From: an uncultured delta proteobacterium
GTDB lineage: Bacteria > Desulfobacterota > Binatia > Binatales > Binataceae
Direction: 5' to 3'
Length of the DNA: 64,000 nt
NCBI GenBank assembly: GCA_963747115.1
Contig: CAVVEB010000001.1
Span: 52,735 to 116,734 of the forward strand
This document shows, one piece after another, positions 19,671 through 28,044 of this stretch; positions within the stretch are counted from its first letter, which is position 1, and the number at the start of each line of letters is the position of its first letter. Made by a program: the position numbers and the translations under genes. A model generated the notes under the pieces. That model saw only the letters and a program-made list of their open reading frames with translations. It had not been told where the DNA came from and did not search any database.

Positions 19671-19690
19671 ACGCTCTGAGGTACCGATGA

Positions 19691-19948
19691 TTGAAATTAT
19701 TTAATGACATCATGACCGGAAAGGACAATCTCACTTTCGATGCGGCGCGGGTGGTCGGCGTGCTTGGCGCATTTACCTACATCGTGTTTTGGTGCATCCA
19801 GGTCGGGGTCTCGCTGCATTTCGATCCTCACGACGCCGACGCATACGGGCGCGGGCTCGCGATCGTTCTGCTCGCGATGGCCGGCGCGTGCACCATCAAG
19901 CGCAGCACCGAGCCCGAAGCGCTCCCGCGCATCGAGGTGCCGAAGTGA
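19691..19948 (+). CDS. Small phage membrane protein, hypothetical
   Basis: 85 aa with two TM helices (VVGVLGAFTYIVFWCIQVGV; LAIVLLAMAGACTI). Confidence 0.35.
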   Translation: MKLFNDIMTGKDNLTFDAARVVGVLGAFTYIVFWCIQVGVSLHFDPHDADAYGRGLAIVLLAMAGACTIKRSTEPEALPRIEVPK

Positions 19949-20238
19949 GCTGGGAGGCGGTCGCCACTTTCGCCCTGGTCATGGTGACTTTCGTCGGCGT
20001 CAACCTCGGGGCGTTGCGAACGATGTTCGAACGTCATCAGCGGGTGGTGAGCCGCGACGCGGCGCGGTGGGGGGAAATGGAGCACGCGCTGTTCGAATTG
20101 CGCGTTTCGCTTCCGATCGAATATGTGCGGCGCGAAGACTGGATCAGGTTTTCGGCAACTCTCGACGCGAAACTGGACGCATTGCGGGAAGAAATGCGCG
20201 AAGAAATCGGCGCGATAAAGGAACGACTTTATGTCTGA
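19936..20238 (+). CDS. Hypothetical phage protein (N-terminal TM + helical region)
   Basis: In-frame segment of listed ORF 19789..20238; GTG at 19936. VSWEAVATFALVMVTFVGVNLGAL then charged helices. The upstream part of that ORF is R-rich, overlaps the 85-aa gene and is rejected. Confidence 0.3.
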   Translation, partial: GAEVSWEAVATFALVMVTFVGVNLGALRTMFERHQRVVSRDAARWGEMEHALFELRVSLPIEYVRREDWIRFSATLDAKLDALREEMREEIGAIKERLYV

Positions 20239-20545
20239 AGGAATGGACCTCGAACAACGCCAGCGCGAAGAAGCGCGCTGGAGAATTCTGCGGGTGGTGG
20301 ACGCCGGGCGCCCCATCGCGGTGTCGGAGCAAATCGTGTGGCGCGTGCTCTCCGATATCAAGCTCACCCTTTCGACCAACCAAATGCGCCGGGAGCTCAG
20401 CTATCTGCGCGATCTCGGATTGGTCGAGCTGGAAGGCGAGGAGAGCGACATCTGGTTCGCGAAACTCACCGCTCCCGGTGTCGATGTGGTCGAGTACACC
20501 GTCAAATCGCCGGCGGGAATCGCCCGTCCGCGGAAGTATTGGTGA
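20231..20545 (+). CDS. Hypothetical phage protein
   Basis: 104-aa ORF, start overlaps the previous stop by 8 nt. No recognisable motif. Confidence 0.4.
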   Translation: MSEGMDLEQRQREEARWRILRVVDAGRPIAVSEQIVWRVLSDIKLTLSTNQMRRELSYLRDLGLVELEGEESDIWFAKLTAPGVDVVEYTVKSPAGIARPRKYW

Positions 20546-20549
20546 TTAT

Positions 20550-21354
20550 ATGGCGGATTCGCCGCGACCTAATGTAGACAAATCCGACTCACCCACACTT
20601 CCCGCCGCGGATGCACCGGCGCGCGGGCGCAAACCGCCCACGCGCGACGTGGTGCGGCGAAAAATGTCCGCCCTGCCCGCCGCAGTGCGCCTCGCGCTCG
20701 ACGCGAGGCTGGCGACGGGTGACTACGGAGGCTTTCGTGCGCTCTCGCGATGGCTCCTGGAGCAGTTCCGCTGTCGAATCTCGGCCGCGGTCCTGACTTA
20801 CTACGTCAAATACAATTTCGACCAGCGCCTCGATGACGTGAAGCTCGCCACCGCGCAGGCGATCCAGATCGTGCACGAAACCGGCGACAACGACGACTAC
20901 ATGAACCGCGCGCTCACTCGTCTGGTCCAGAGCACCATCTTTCAAATGCTGCTCGAAATAAGCAAGGCGCGCGGCCTGTTCCGCAAAGCTGCGGCGATGC
21001 CGGCCAGTTCGGAAGCCGTCGCGGAGACGAACCCGAAGAAACAGAAGAAGCACAAAGGGAAGAAAGGTGCCGGGCAAGCATCGTCGACCGAGACCAAAGC
21101 GCCCGAGGCCGATCCGATGTCGAGTCTTCCGAGCAAGGATCGAACTCGAGGCGCTAATCGCGGTCGGGCGCACGGTCGCGGTGCTGGGCAAGGTCCAATT
21201 CGAGTGGACCCAATGGCGCGATCACGCGCGGGAAAAAGTCGAAGGCAAAGTGGCGGCCACCAGCGAGAAACTTTCGGAAGCGGCCAGGGACGGCGGGCTC
21301 TCGCCCGAGGCCGAGAACAAAATTCGCGCGGCGCTGATGGAGATCGCCGTATGA
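20550..21354 (+). CDS. Small terminase subunit candidate (DUF3486-like, Mu gp27 position); one frameshift near 21130
   Basis: Positioned directly upstream of the large terminase. N-part MADSPRPNVDKS...YGGFRALSRWLLEQ...; C-part (frame of 21067..21354) IELEALIAVGRTVAVLGKVQFEWTQWRDHAREKVEGKV. The Lys-rich middle is low complexity. Confidence 0.45.
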
Positions 21355-21361
21355 GGTTTGC

Positions 21362-22885
21362 GTGAGCACCGACAATCTCTCCGTGATGCTGCCGTACCAG
21401 CGCAAGTGGATCGAGGATCGCGCGCAGGTGAAGGTCTGCGAAAAATCGCGCCGGGTCGGAATCACCTGGTGCGAGGCCGCCGATCGCGCGCTCGCCGCCG
21501 CCGCCAGCGAAGGCATGGACACCTGGTACATCGGTTACAACAAGGACATGGCGCTCGAATTTATCGAGACCGCCGCCGAATGGTCGCGCCGTTTCAACCG
21601 CGCGGCCCGCGCGATCGAGGAAATCGCGGTGCGCGACGAGACTCGCGACATCCTCGCCTATCGGATCCGTTTCGCCTCGGGCCACAAGATCGTCGCGCTC
21701 TCCTCGCGTCCTTCCAACTTGCGCGGAAAGCAGGGCTGCGCGGTGATCGATGAAGCCGCGTTTCACGAAGACTTGCCTGGACTGCTGAAAGCGGCGCTCG
21801 CGTTCACCATGTGGGGCGGATGCGTGCGGATCATTTCGACTCACAACGGCGCGGACAGCGCGTTCAACGAGCTGATCAATGACGTCCGCGCGGGGCGCCG
21901 CCCCTACTCGCTCCATCGCATCACGCTGGACGACGCGGTCGCGCAAGGGCTCTATCAAAAGATCTGTCAGACCTTGAAGCGGGAATGGTCGCCGGAAATC
22001 GAGCGGCAATGGCGGCGCGAGCTGGTGGAATTTTACGGCGACAATGCGAGCGAAGAGCTGTATTGCATTCCTCGCGCGTTGACCGGCGCGTTTCTGTCGT
22101 CGGTGTTGGTCGAGGCGCGGATGGTGGCGGAGATTCCGGTGATCAGGTGGGAGCGTCCGGCGGAGTTCAGTGAAAGCCCCGAGGAGGTCCGGCGCGCGGA
22201 AACCGAGGCGTTTCTGGAAGAGCAACTCGCGCCGGTGCTCGACGCGCTCGATCCGGAACTGGCGACCTGCTTCGGCGAAGATTTCGGGCGCCTCGGCGAT
22301 CTCACCGTTATCTGGCCGCTGCAAATCGCGCGCGACTTGAAGCGGCGGACGCCGTTCACGGTCGAGCTGCGCAACATTCCATTTCGCCAGCAGGAGCAGA
22401 TTCTGTTTTACATCGCGGATCGGATGCCGCGTTTTCTCGGCGCCGCGATGGACGCGCGCGGCAACGGCCAGTATCTCGCGGAGACCGCGCGCCAGCGCTA
22501 CGGCGCGCGCATCGCGCAGGTGATGCTTTCGGTCGAGTGGTATCGGGAGCAGATGCCGCGCTTCAAGGCCGCGTTCGAAGACGCCGTCATCACGATTCCG
22601 CGCGACGCCGACATCCTGCTCGATCTGCGCGGCATCGTGGTCGAAAACGGAATCGCGCATATCGGCGACCGGCGGCTGCGGGGCAGCGACAACAAGTCGC
22701 GGCACGCTGATTCCGCGATCGCGGCCGCGCTGGCGTATTTCGCGTCGCATCAGGACTTCGCGGAAATCGACTATCGCCCCGCCTACCGCTTCGAAGCCAG
22801 TCCGCGCGATCCCTTCGGCCCGCCCCCGGAAGAAGATTTTCCGGCGCGGAGCGCGCGCGCGCGATTCAGCATCGGCGCCTGGTAA
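21362..22885 (+). CDS. Large terminase subunit, Mu gp28-like
   Basis: 507 aa intact. ATPase-like N-terminus (KSRRVGITWCEAA ... CAVIDEAAF) and nuclease-like C-terminus. Typical size and position. Confidence 0.85.
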   Translation: MSTDNLSVMLPYQRKWIEDRAQVKVCEKSRRVGITWCEAADRALAAAASEGMDTWYIGYNKDMALEFIETAAEWSRRFNRAARAIEEIAVRDETRDILAYRIRFASGHKIVALSSRPSNLRGKQGCAVIDEAAFHEDLPGLLKAALAFTMWGGCVRIISTHNGADSAFNELINDVRAGRRPYSLHRITLDDAVAQGLYQKICQTLKREWSPEIERQWRRELVEFYGDNASEELYCIPRALTGAFLSSVLVEARMVAEIPVIRWERPAEFSESPEEVRRAETEAFLEEQLAPVLDALDPELATCFGEDFGRLGDLTVIWPLQIARDLKRRTPFTVELRNIPFRQQEQILFYIADRMPRFLGAAMDARGNGQYLAETARQRYGARIAQVMLSVEWYREQMPRFKAAFEDAVITIPRDADILLDLRGIVVENGIAHIGDRRLRGSDNKSRHADSAIAAALAYFASHQDFAEIDYRPAYRFEASPRDPFGPPPEEDFPARSARARFSIGAW

Positions 22886-22911
22886 ATCAAAATCGGGCAA
22901 GGGACAACGAC

Positions 22912-23091
22912 ATGATCAAATTCTGGAAATGGAAATGCGAACAGTGCGGACATGAGTTCGCACTCACTTTGGCGGAGATGCCTGAGCCGTGTCATCGGTG
23001 CGACGGCGAATGGTTTCTCAAAGTCGGAGAATCGGAACAAAAAGAAGCGAAGCCGCCGGCGGTGTGGCCGTGGGCGAAATCCGATCGCTAA
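22912..23091 (+). CDS. Small zinc-ribbon protein (59 aa) between terminase and portal
   Basis: MIKFWKWKCEQCGHEFALTLAEMPEPCHRCDGEWFLKVGESEQKEAKPPAVWPWAKSDR. Two CxxC pairs. Below the 60-aa ORF-track cutoff. Confidence 0.45.
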   Translation: MIKFWKWKCEQCGHEFALTLAEMPEPCHRCDGEWFLKVGESEQKEAKPPAVWPWAKSDR

Positions 23092-23118
23092 AAGAGGCAT
23101 CGCCTCAAAGGAAACCCC

Positions 23119-24486
23119 ATGAAACTTTTCGACGCATATGGGCGCGAGGTCGACCCCACGCGGCTGCGCGACGAGCAGGCCGCTCCCACCATGACCGGCA
23201 TCCGCAACATTTATTCCTCGATGCATCCGTCGGTCGGCCTGACCCCGGAGCGTCTGGCGCAAATTCTGCGCGAGGCGGAATTCGGCGATCCATTTCTCTA
23301 TCTCGAACTGGCTGAAGAGATGGAGGAAAAAGATCTCCACTACCTCGCGGTCCTCGGCACCCGCAAACAGGCCGTGACCCAGCTCGATCTCATGATCGCT
23401 CCCGCGTCGAGCGACAAAGACGACGTGCGCGCCGCCGATATGGTGCGCGCGATGGTCGCGGGCGGCATGCTCAATATCGAAAGCGCAATGTTCGACATCC
23501 TCGACGCGATCGGGAAGGGATTTTCGGCCACCGAAATAATCTGGGATACGTCGAATCGCGAATGGTTTCCGCGTCGGCTGGCGTGGCGCGATCCGCGATG
23601 GTTCATGTTCGACTGGATCTCCGGCGAAGAATTGCTGGTCCGGACTTTGAGCGATCAGGGTCCGTCGATTCCGACCGAGGGTGAAAAATCAGCGGCGCAG
23701 GGATCGCATTTCAAGGGCAGCGGATACTGGGGCGCGCTGCGCGGCAACGCCGGCATCCAGCCGATGACCGAGCCGCTGCAACCGTATAAATTCATCACTC
23801 ACATCGCGAAAGCAAAAAGCGGATTGCCGGTTCGCGGCGGCCTCGCGCGCGCGGCGGGATGGTCGTATCTGTTCAAAAATTACGTGCTCAAGGATTGGGT
23901 GACGTTCGCCGAAGTGTTCGGACAGCCTCTGCGCGTAGGCAAATATGGCGCGGGCGCGACCGAGCAGGACAAAGAGACGCTGCTCCAGGCGGTCGCGAAT
24001 ATCGGCACCGACGCCGCCGCGATCATGCCCGAGTCGATGGTGATCGAGTTCACCGAGGCGCGCCAGACCGGCAGCGCGGAATTGTATCAGAGCTTTTGCG
24101 AATACCTCGACGCGCAGGTGAGCAAGGCGGTGCTGGGGCAGACTCTCACCACCGAAATTCCGCGCGGAGCCGGATCGCGAGCCGCCGCCGAGGTCCATGA
24201 TTCGGTCCGCGGCGATATTTTGAGCGCCGACGCGCTGCGGCTCAGCGCGACTATCAACCGCGACCTGATCAGGCCCATCGTCGATCTGAACCTTGGTCCT
24301 CGCGCGCGCTACCCGCGATTCGAGTTGAATCTGCCCGATGACGACGACACCAGGGAGTTCGCCGAGATCGTCACGATGCTCGCGGATCGCGGCCTGCGCA
24401 TCGGACAACGCGCGATTCTCGACAAACTCGGACTGGCGGAACCCGCAGCGGGTGAGCCGGTCCTGGAGCCAATCCGCGGCGCTTAG
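23119..24486 (+). CDS. Portal protein, Mu gp29-like (DUF935)
   Basis: 455 aa intact. Position and length fit a Mu gp29/DUF935 portal directly after the terminase. Confidence 0.8.
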   Translation: MKLFDAYGREVDPTRLRDEQAAPTMTGIRNIYSSMHPSVGLTPERLAQILREAEFGDPFLYLELAEEMEEKDLHYLAVLGTRKQAVTQLDLMIAPASSDKDDVRAADMVRAMVAGGMLNIESAMFDILDAIGKGFSATEIIWDTSNREWFPRRLAWRDPRWFMFDWISGEELLVRTLSDQGPSIPTEGEKSAAQGSHFKGSGYWGALRGNAGIQPMTEPLQPYKFITHIAKAKSGLPVRGGLARAAGWSYLFKNYVLKDWVTFAEVFGQPLRVGKYGAGATEQDKETLLQAVANIGTDAAAIMPESMVIEFTEARQTGSAELYQSFCEYLDAQVSKAVLGQTLTTEIPRGAGSRAAAEVHDSVRGDILSADALRLSATINRDLIRPIVDLNLGPRARYPRFELNLPDDDDTREFAEIVTMLADRGLRIGQRAILDKLGLAEPAAGEPVLEPIRGA

Positions 24487-24535
24487 GGTTTGCTAGTTGC
24501 GGGGCGGGTAGGAGTTTCGATGGAGGACGTTAGGA

Positions 24536-24763
24536 ATGCCTGAAGCAATCGAAGTCAAATTCAGAATTGATCCGTCTGGGTTCCACGACATGGAAGAGCT
24601 CCAGCACGAGATGGGCACAAAAAATCTTGCTACTGCTCTATATAGCGCGGTTCAGATGTTAAAGCAGCTCTATGACTATCAGCGTAGCGGATATTCGCTC
24701 GCGCTTATCAAGAACGGCTCTACGGAGAGTTTTAAGTTGCCAGAAAAGAAAGCTGCTGCGTAA
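24536..24763 (+). CDS. Hypothetical protein in low-GC island
   Basis: 75-aa ORF with a GGAGGA SD, ~47% GC versus ~64% surroundings. Confidence 0.4.
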   Translation: MPEAIEVKFRIDPSGFHDMEELQHEMGTKNLATALYSAVQMLKQLYDYQRSGYSLALIKNGSTESFKLPEKKAAA

Positions 24764-24785
24764 AGGGCTTAAAGACACCGCAAGA

Positions 24786-25215
24786 ATGGCAAATCCAATC
24801 GACGCAGGGGACGTCGACCGCGAGGATTTACCACCCCTTCCTCTTCCACCGATAGATCCGCCTGATGGTCCCGTGAGGGACTATCCAACGCACGTCGATG
24901 CGGGCGATGTTGATCGCCGGGGAGTCCGCACGTTCCGCGAACATGCCCGAAGATAAAGATATTGGTGATGTAGACCGGTCCGATCCTGCAGCACTGTCGC
25001 TTCCTAGCCGCGAGTGGGTGGCTGCCCGGATTGCCTACATTATTATCATAATCTTTGCGATTCTTATGTTCTTAGCGGTTTTTGCCGCTCTATTCTTGGA
25101 CGATTGTCGAGACCGAAAAGGTTTCGAGGCAATGAATCTCCTGGGACATATTTTCGGGCCCTTGCTCGGTGTGATTCTCGCCTTTTATTTTGCGATCGAA
25201 TTACGCTCCAAATAG
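24786..25215 (+). CDS. GDVDR-repeat membrane protein (probably one gene split by a frameshift near 24940)
   Basis: IDAGDVDRED..., VDAGDVDRRG... in the first frame and DIGDVDRSD... then two TM helices (IAYIIIIIFAILMFLAVFAALFL; LLGHIFGPLLGVILAFYFAI) in the next. Confidence 0.4.
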
Positions 25216-25272
25216 GCGGCTCGAATTTTCCACTTTGGACGAGAGTCGGCGCCAAAATCTTTTCGCGGAAGT

Positions 25273-26607
25273 TCAGGGCGCGACGGAAAATTGCCACGAA
25301 TAAAGGTGGCCCGACGCGTTAATCGATGCGACGTAAGTCGCGCCGCGAACCAGCGGCGACTTCGGCACCATCACGATCCCGCCGAAATGCTTGAGCTCAC
25401 CGCTCGCGCGGCGCTGCGCGATCGGGTCGTCGCTCTTGAATGACGCCGCATCGAAGCCGCAGGTATCGAGCGTGGTCCCGTCGCGCGACAAGGAATACTG
25501 ATTCAGGGTCACCGGGGAATTGCCGCCAATTTGTAGCGTGATGGGAATGCCGGCCGGCGTCGCATAACCGCACGCGGCGAGCGGGTCGGGCCATTCAACT
25601 TCGTCGGCACTGAAGACACCATTGTGAATCGTGGCGCGCGCGGGCGGAAACATTATCGGCGCATGCGCGGTGGCATCGGCCGCAATCACCCCGCCGGGGT
25701 CGGCCTGAATTCCGCTCTGGATGTTCAACGCCGCGGCGCAGATTCCATCCTCGCAATATTGTCCGTAGCCGACTCGGGCAAGCGCGGGATTAAGCAGCCA
25801 CATGCGATGAAACGGGCCGGTCATCCAGTTTTCGATCGCCCATGGCGACGGCGGATCCTCGGGCGGATGAGTGTAGAGCGCGTCGACGTCGCTCAGCGCG
25901 CCAGCGGTCTTGCCCTCGGGCGTGAAGAAGGGCCGCGCGGGATCCTCCTCGTGAATTGAGCCGTCGATCTTGCCGCTGCGAATCATGCCGGCCTTGTTCG
26001 CGACCAGATAGCGCGCGTGATTCGCGTCGCCTTTTGAAATCGCAAAATCCTCGGTCACCGGAGCGAGACCGGCGAGCTCCCGATAGTAATTGAGCCTCGC
26101 AATCCAGGTCGCACCGGGCGACAGCGGCGGTGCCGGCGGAATCGAGGCCGCGCGCGCGACAGGTTCGGGCCGCGACAACTCGCGACTCACGAGGAGGTAT
26201 GACGACGCGAGCAAGGCCACCATCATCGACCCGACCATAAGCCCCCATCCGGCTCTGGAAGCGAACGTGCGAGGCGTCGCGAGCGGTAAAACATCAAACG
26301 TGAAATGGAGGATGCCGAGGCGGACATCGTCGCCCGGTGAGAGAACGGCCTCGGTATTGGCGCCGAGGCGTTTCCCATTGAGATAGGTGCCGTTGGTCGA
26401 GCCGAGATCGGAAATGTAAAACGCATCGCGCCGGGTTCCGATCAGCGCGTGCCGACGCGAGATAGTGGCGTCGTCGATGATGAAGTCGGCATCGGCGCCG
26501 CCACCAATGACGGCGCGCTCGCCGGAAATTCGATATTGCCGCGCCGCCTGGCCGGGGATCGATACCAGCCGCGCGACGGCGGCGTGCGCGGCCTCTGCTT
26601 TACTCAG
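25273..26607 (-). CDS. FHA domain - transmembrane - CAP (SCP/PR-1/YkwD-like) domain fusion protein; start codon uncertain
   Basis: Single open frame: FHA core YRISGERAVIGGG...ISRRHALIG...FYISDLGSTNGTYLNGKRL...SPGDDVRLG, TM GLMVGSMMVALLASSYLLV, then CAP domain (NYYRELAGLAPV ... HRMWLLNPALARVGYG ... C-rich region). No in-frame ATG/GTG/TTG upstream of the FHA; a CTG at 26607 follows a GGGGGAG SD-like motif. Confidence 0.65.
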   Translation of the reverse strand: MSKAEAAHAAVARLVSIPGQAARQYRISGERAVIGGGADADFIIDDATISRRHALIGTRRDAFYISDLGSTNGTYLNGKRLGANTEAVLSPGDDVRLGILHFTFDVLPLATPRTFASRAGWGLMVGSMMVALLASSYLLVSRELSRPEPVARAASIPPAPPLSPGATWIARLNYYRELAGLAPVTEDFAISKGDANHARYLVANKAGMIRSGKIDGSIHEEDPARPFFTPEGKTAGALSDVDALYTHPPEDPPSPWAIENWMTGPFHRMWLLNPALARVGYGQYCEDGICAAALNIQSGIQADPGGVIAADATAHAPIMFPPARATIHNGVFSADEVEWPDPLAACGYATPAGIPITLQIGGNSPVTLNQYSLSRDGTTLDTCGFDAASFKSDDPIAQRRASGELKHFGGIVMVPKSPLVRGATYVASINASGHLYSWQFSVAP

Positions 26608-26636
26608 ACTCTTTTCTCCCCCGTGCCGCGATCGCG

Positions 26637-27303
26637 TCAGGGGACGCTGGCAGCGAGCTTTCCGTCCGTGCCATAGATCGACAGCCCGGCGCGATTCTGT
26701 TGATCGATCGACAACGCCGCGCGGGTGATGCCGCCGCCGAGCAGCGCGATTCCGGAAGTGCCGCCTTCCGTCACGCTGAGCCCGATGCGCGGCTGATCCT
26801 TATCGGACAGGCGAATGGTTGGTTCTCCTGCGGCTGTGGTTTCCATCGCGGCGCGCGCGCTTTCCGGTCGCATCGGCCAGCGCGATATTAGCGGCGCCGT
26901 CGTCTTCCATCGCCATCCCCATGCGTGCCGCGCCCTTGCTATCGAAAAGCCGCATGCGGGAAATTCCGCGTGAGAGACTGACCTCGGCGCGGGTCTTGCC
27001 GTCCTCATCGTAAAGGCCGAGGGCGGGAGCGCCTTCGCGCGCGACGCCAAGTCCGGCGCGCAGTTTTCCGTTGCCGTCGAGCAAGCGCAATTCCGCAACC
27101 CCACGTTCGGTCACATCGATAAGGCCCCGGGTGTTTCCGTTAGCATCGACTACGGTGAATCGATGCGCAGCCACCGTGGCGGGGATCGAGGCCGCTCCGA
27201 GCACTGGAACTACGGCGGGCCAGAAATGCTCCGCGGCGGCGCCGCCGACCAGCGAGCAAATCGCCGTGACAATTACCAGTGAGAATTTTTCCGTCCAGCT
27301 CAT
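26637..27303 (-). CDS. Secreted/anchored protein made of ~8 tandem 23-residue repeats (hxhxDxxGKxRxxhxhxxxGxxx); one frameshift
   Basis: Signal anchor MSWTEKFSLVIVTAICSLVGGAAA, then FTVVDANGNTRGLIDVTERGVAE / LRLLDGNGKLRAGLGVAREGAPA / LGLYDEDGKTRAEVSLSRGISRM / RLFDSKGAARMGMAMEDDGAANI ..., continuing in the 26637..27104 frame (IRLSDKDQPRIGLSVTEGGTSGIA / LLGGGITRAALSIDQQNRAGLSI / YGTDGKLAASVP). Confidence 0.5.
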
Positions 27304-27396
27304 ATGGCCGATCTCCTCTGCCCCCGGGTTTTTTGTCGCTTCTAAAATCTAGCAAGCGAGGCTTGCCCCGCCTACCGCCCCCGGCACGCGCGAAGT

Positions 27397-28027
27397 TCAG
27401 TCACGAGGGCGAACCGAGACGTAGCGGTTGCCCCGTTCGTAAAATCGCCACGGCAACGCGGCCCATTCGCCCGAATAATCGACATTGATACGCGGTGAGC
27501 GGCCAATCCTGGCGCGCTTGATAAACTCATCGCCTTCTTCGAGAAAGAGTTCCTCGCCACACAAATCGCGGCCGTAGTCGCCACCTGTAATAGCTAATGC
27601 ATTAGTCAGTTTGCCAGGCCCATTAGTCAGTTCGCGCGAGTGAGCCGGCTTGCCGCGCCGCCTGGCCATCAGCTCCAATCCCCGGATCGGCTCGAGGGCG
27701 CGTATCAGCACCGCGTGCGGCTTGCCCTCCGGCGCCACCACCAGATTCATCGCCCAACTGATTCCGTAAAGACGAAAGACGTAGGCGTGGCCGGGAGGAC
27801 CGTACATCGCGGTGGTGCGTTTGGTTAACCCGCGTAGCGCTGTGCGCGGCAAGATCGCGCGGGCCGCGATACGCCTCGGCCTCGATGATACGTCCCGCAG
27901 TTTCGCCCTCGGAGGTGCGATGCACGAGGATTTTCCCGATGCATTGCCGGGCGACCACTAGCACCGGCTGCGCATAGAACTCGCGCGAAACCTTCCGGCG
28001 ATTTTCAGATTCGTGCGCGATCAGCAA
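27397..28027 (-). CDS. mpg: DNA-3-methyladenine glycosylase (Mpg/AAG family); one frameshift near 27850
   Basis: FYAQPVLVVARQCIGKILV...GRIIEAEAYRGPRDLAAHSA (N-part), then ...RGLTKRTTAMYGPPGHAYVFRLYGISWAMNLVV...AVLIRALEPIRG...GPGKLTNALAI. Confidence 0.75.
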
Positions 28028-28044
28028 AACAACTGTGCGATTTT

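Larger units (their letters stand above)
15972..24486. mobile_element. Mu-like (transposable-phage-type) prophage remnant: repressor, Mor activator, lysis cassette, small/large terminase, portal. No transposase, integrase, head or tail genes.
   Basis: Contiguous phage-hallmark genes begin 20 bp after tRNA-Ser and stop right after the DUF935 portal. The flanks (serine hydrolase upstream; mpg and a two-component system downstream) are host genes. Right boundary may extend to ~25270 to include a low-GC cargo island. Confidence 0.6.

Noticed and set aside
19740-21365. 541-aa ORF spanning several small phage genes
   Set aside because: The first ~270 codons are R-rich and out of frame with three well-formed small genes (19691-20545). 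Only the C-terminal part from 20550 is coding (small terminase candidate).
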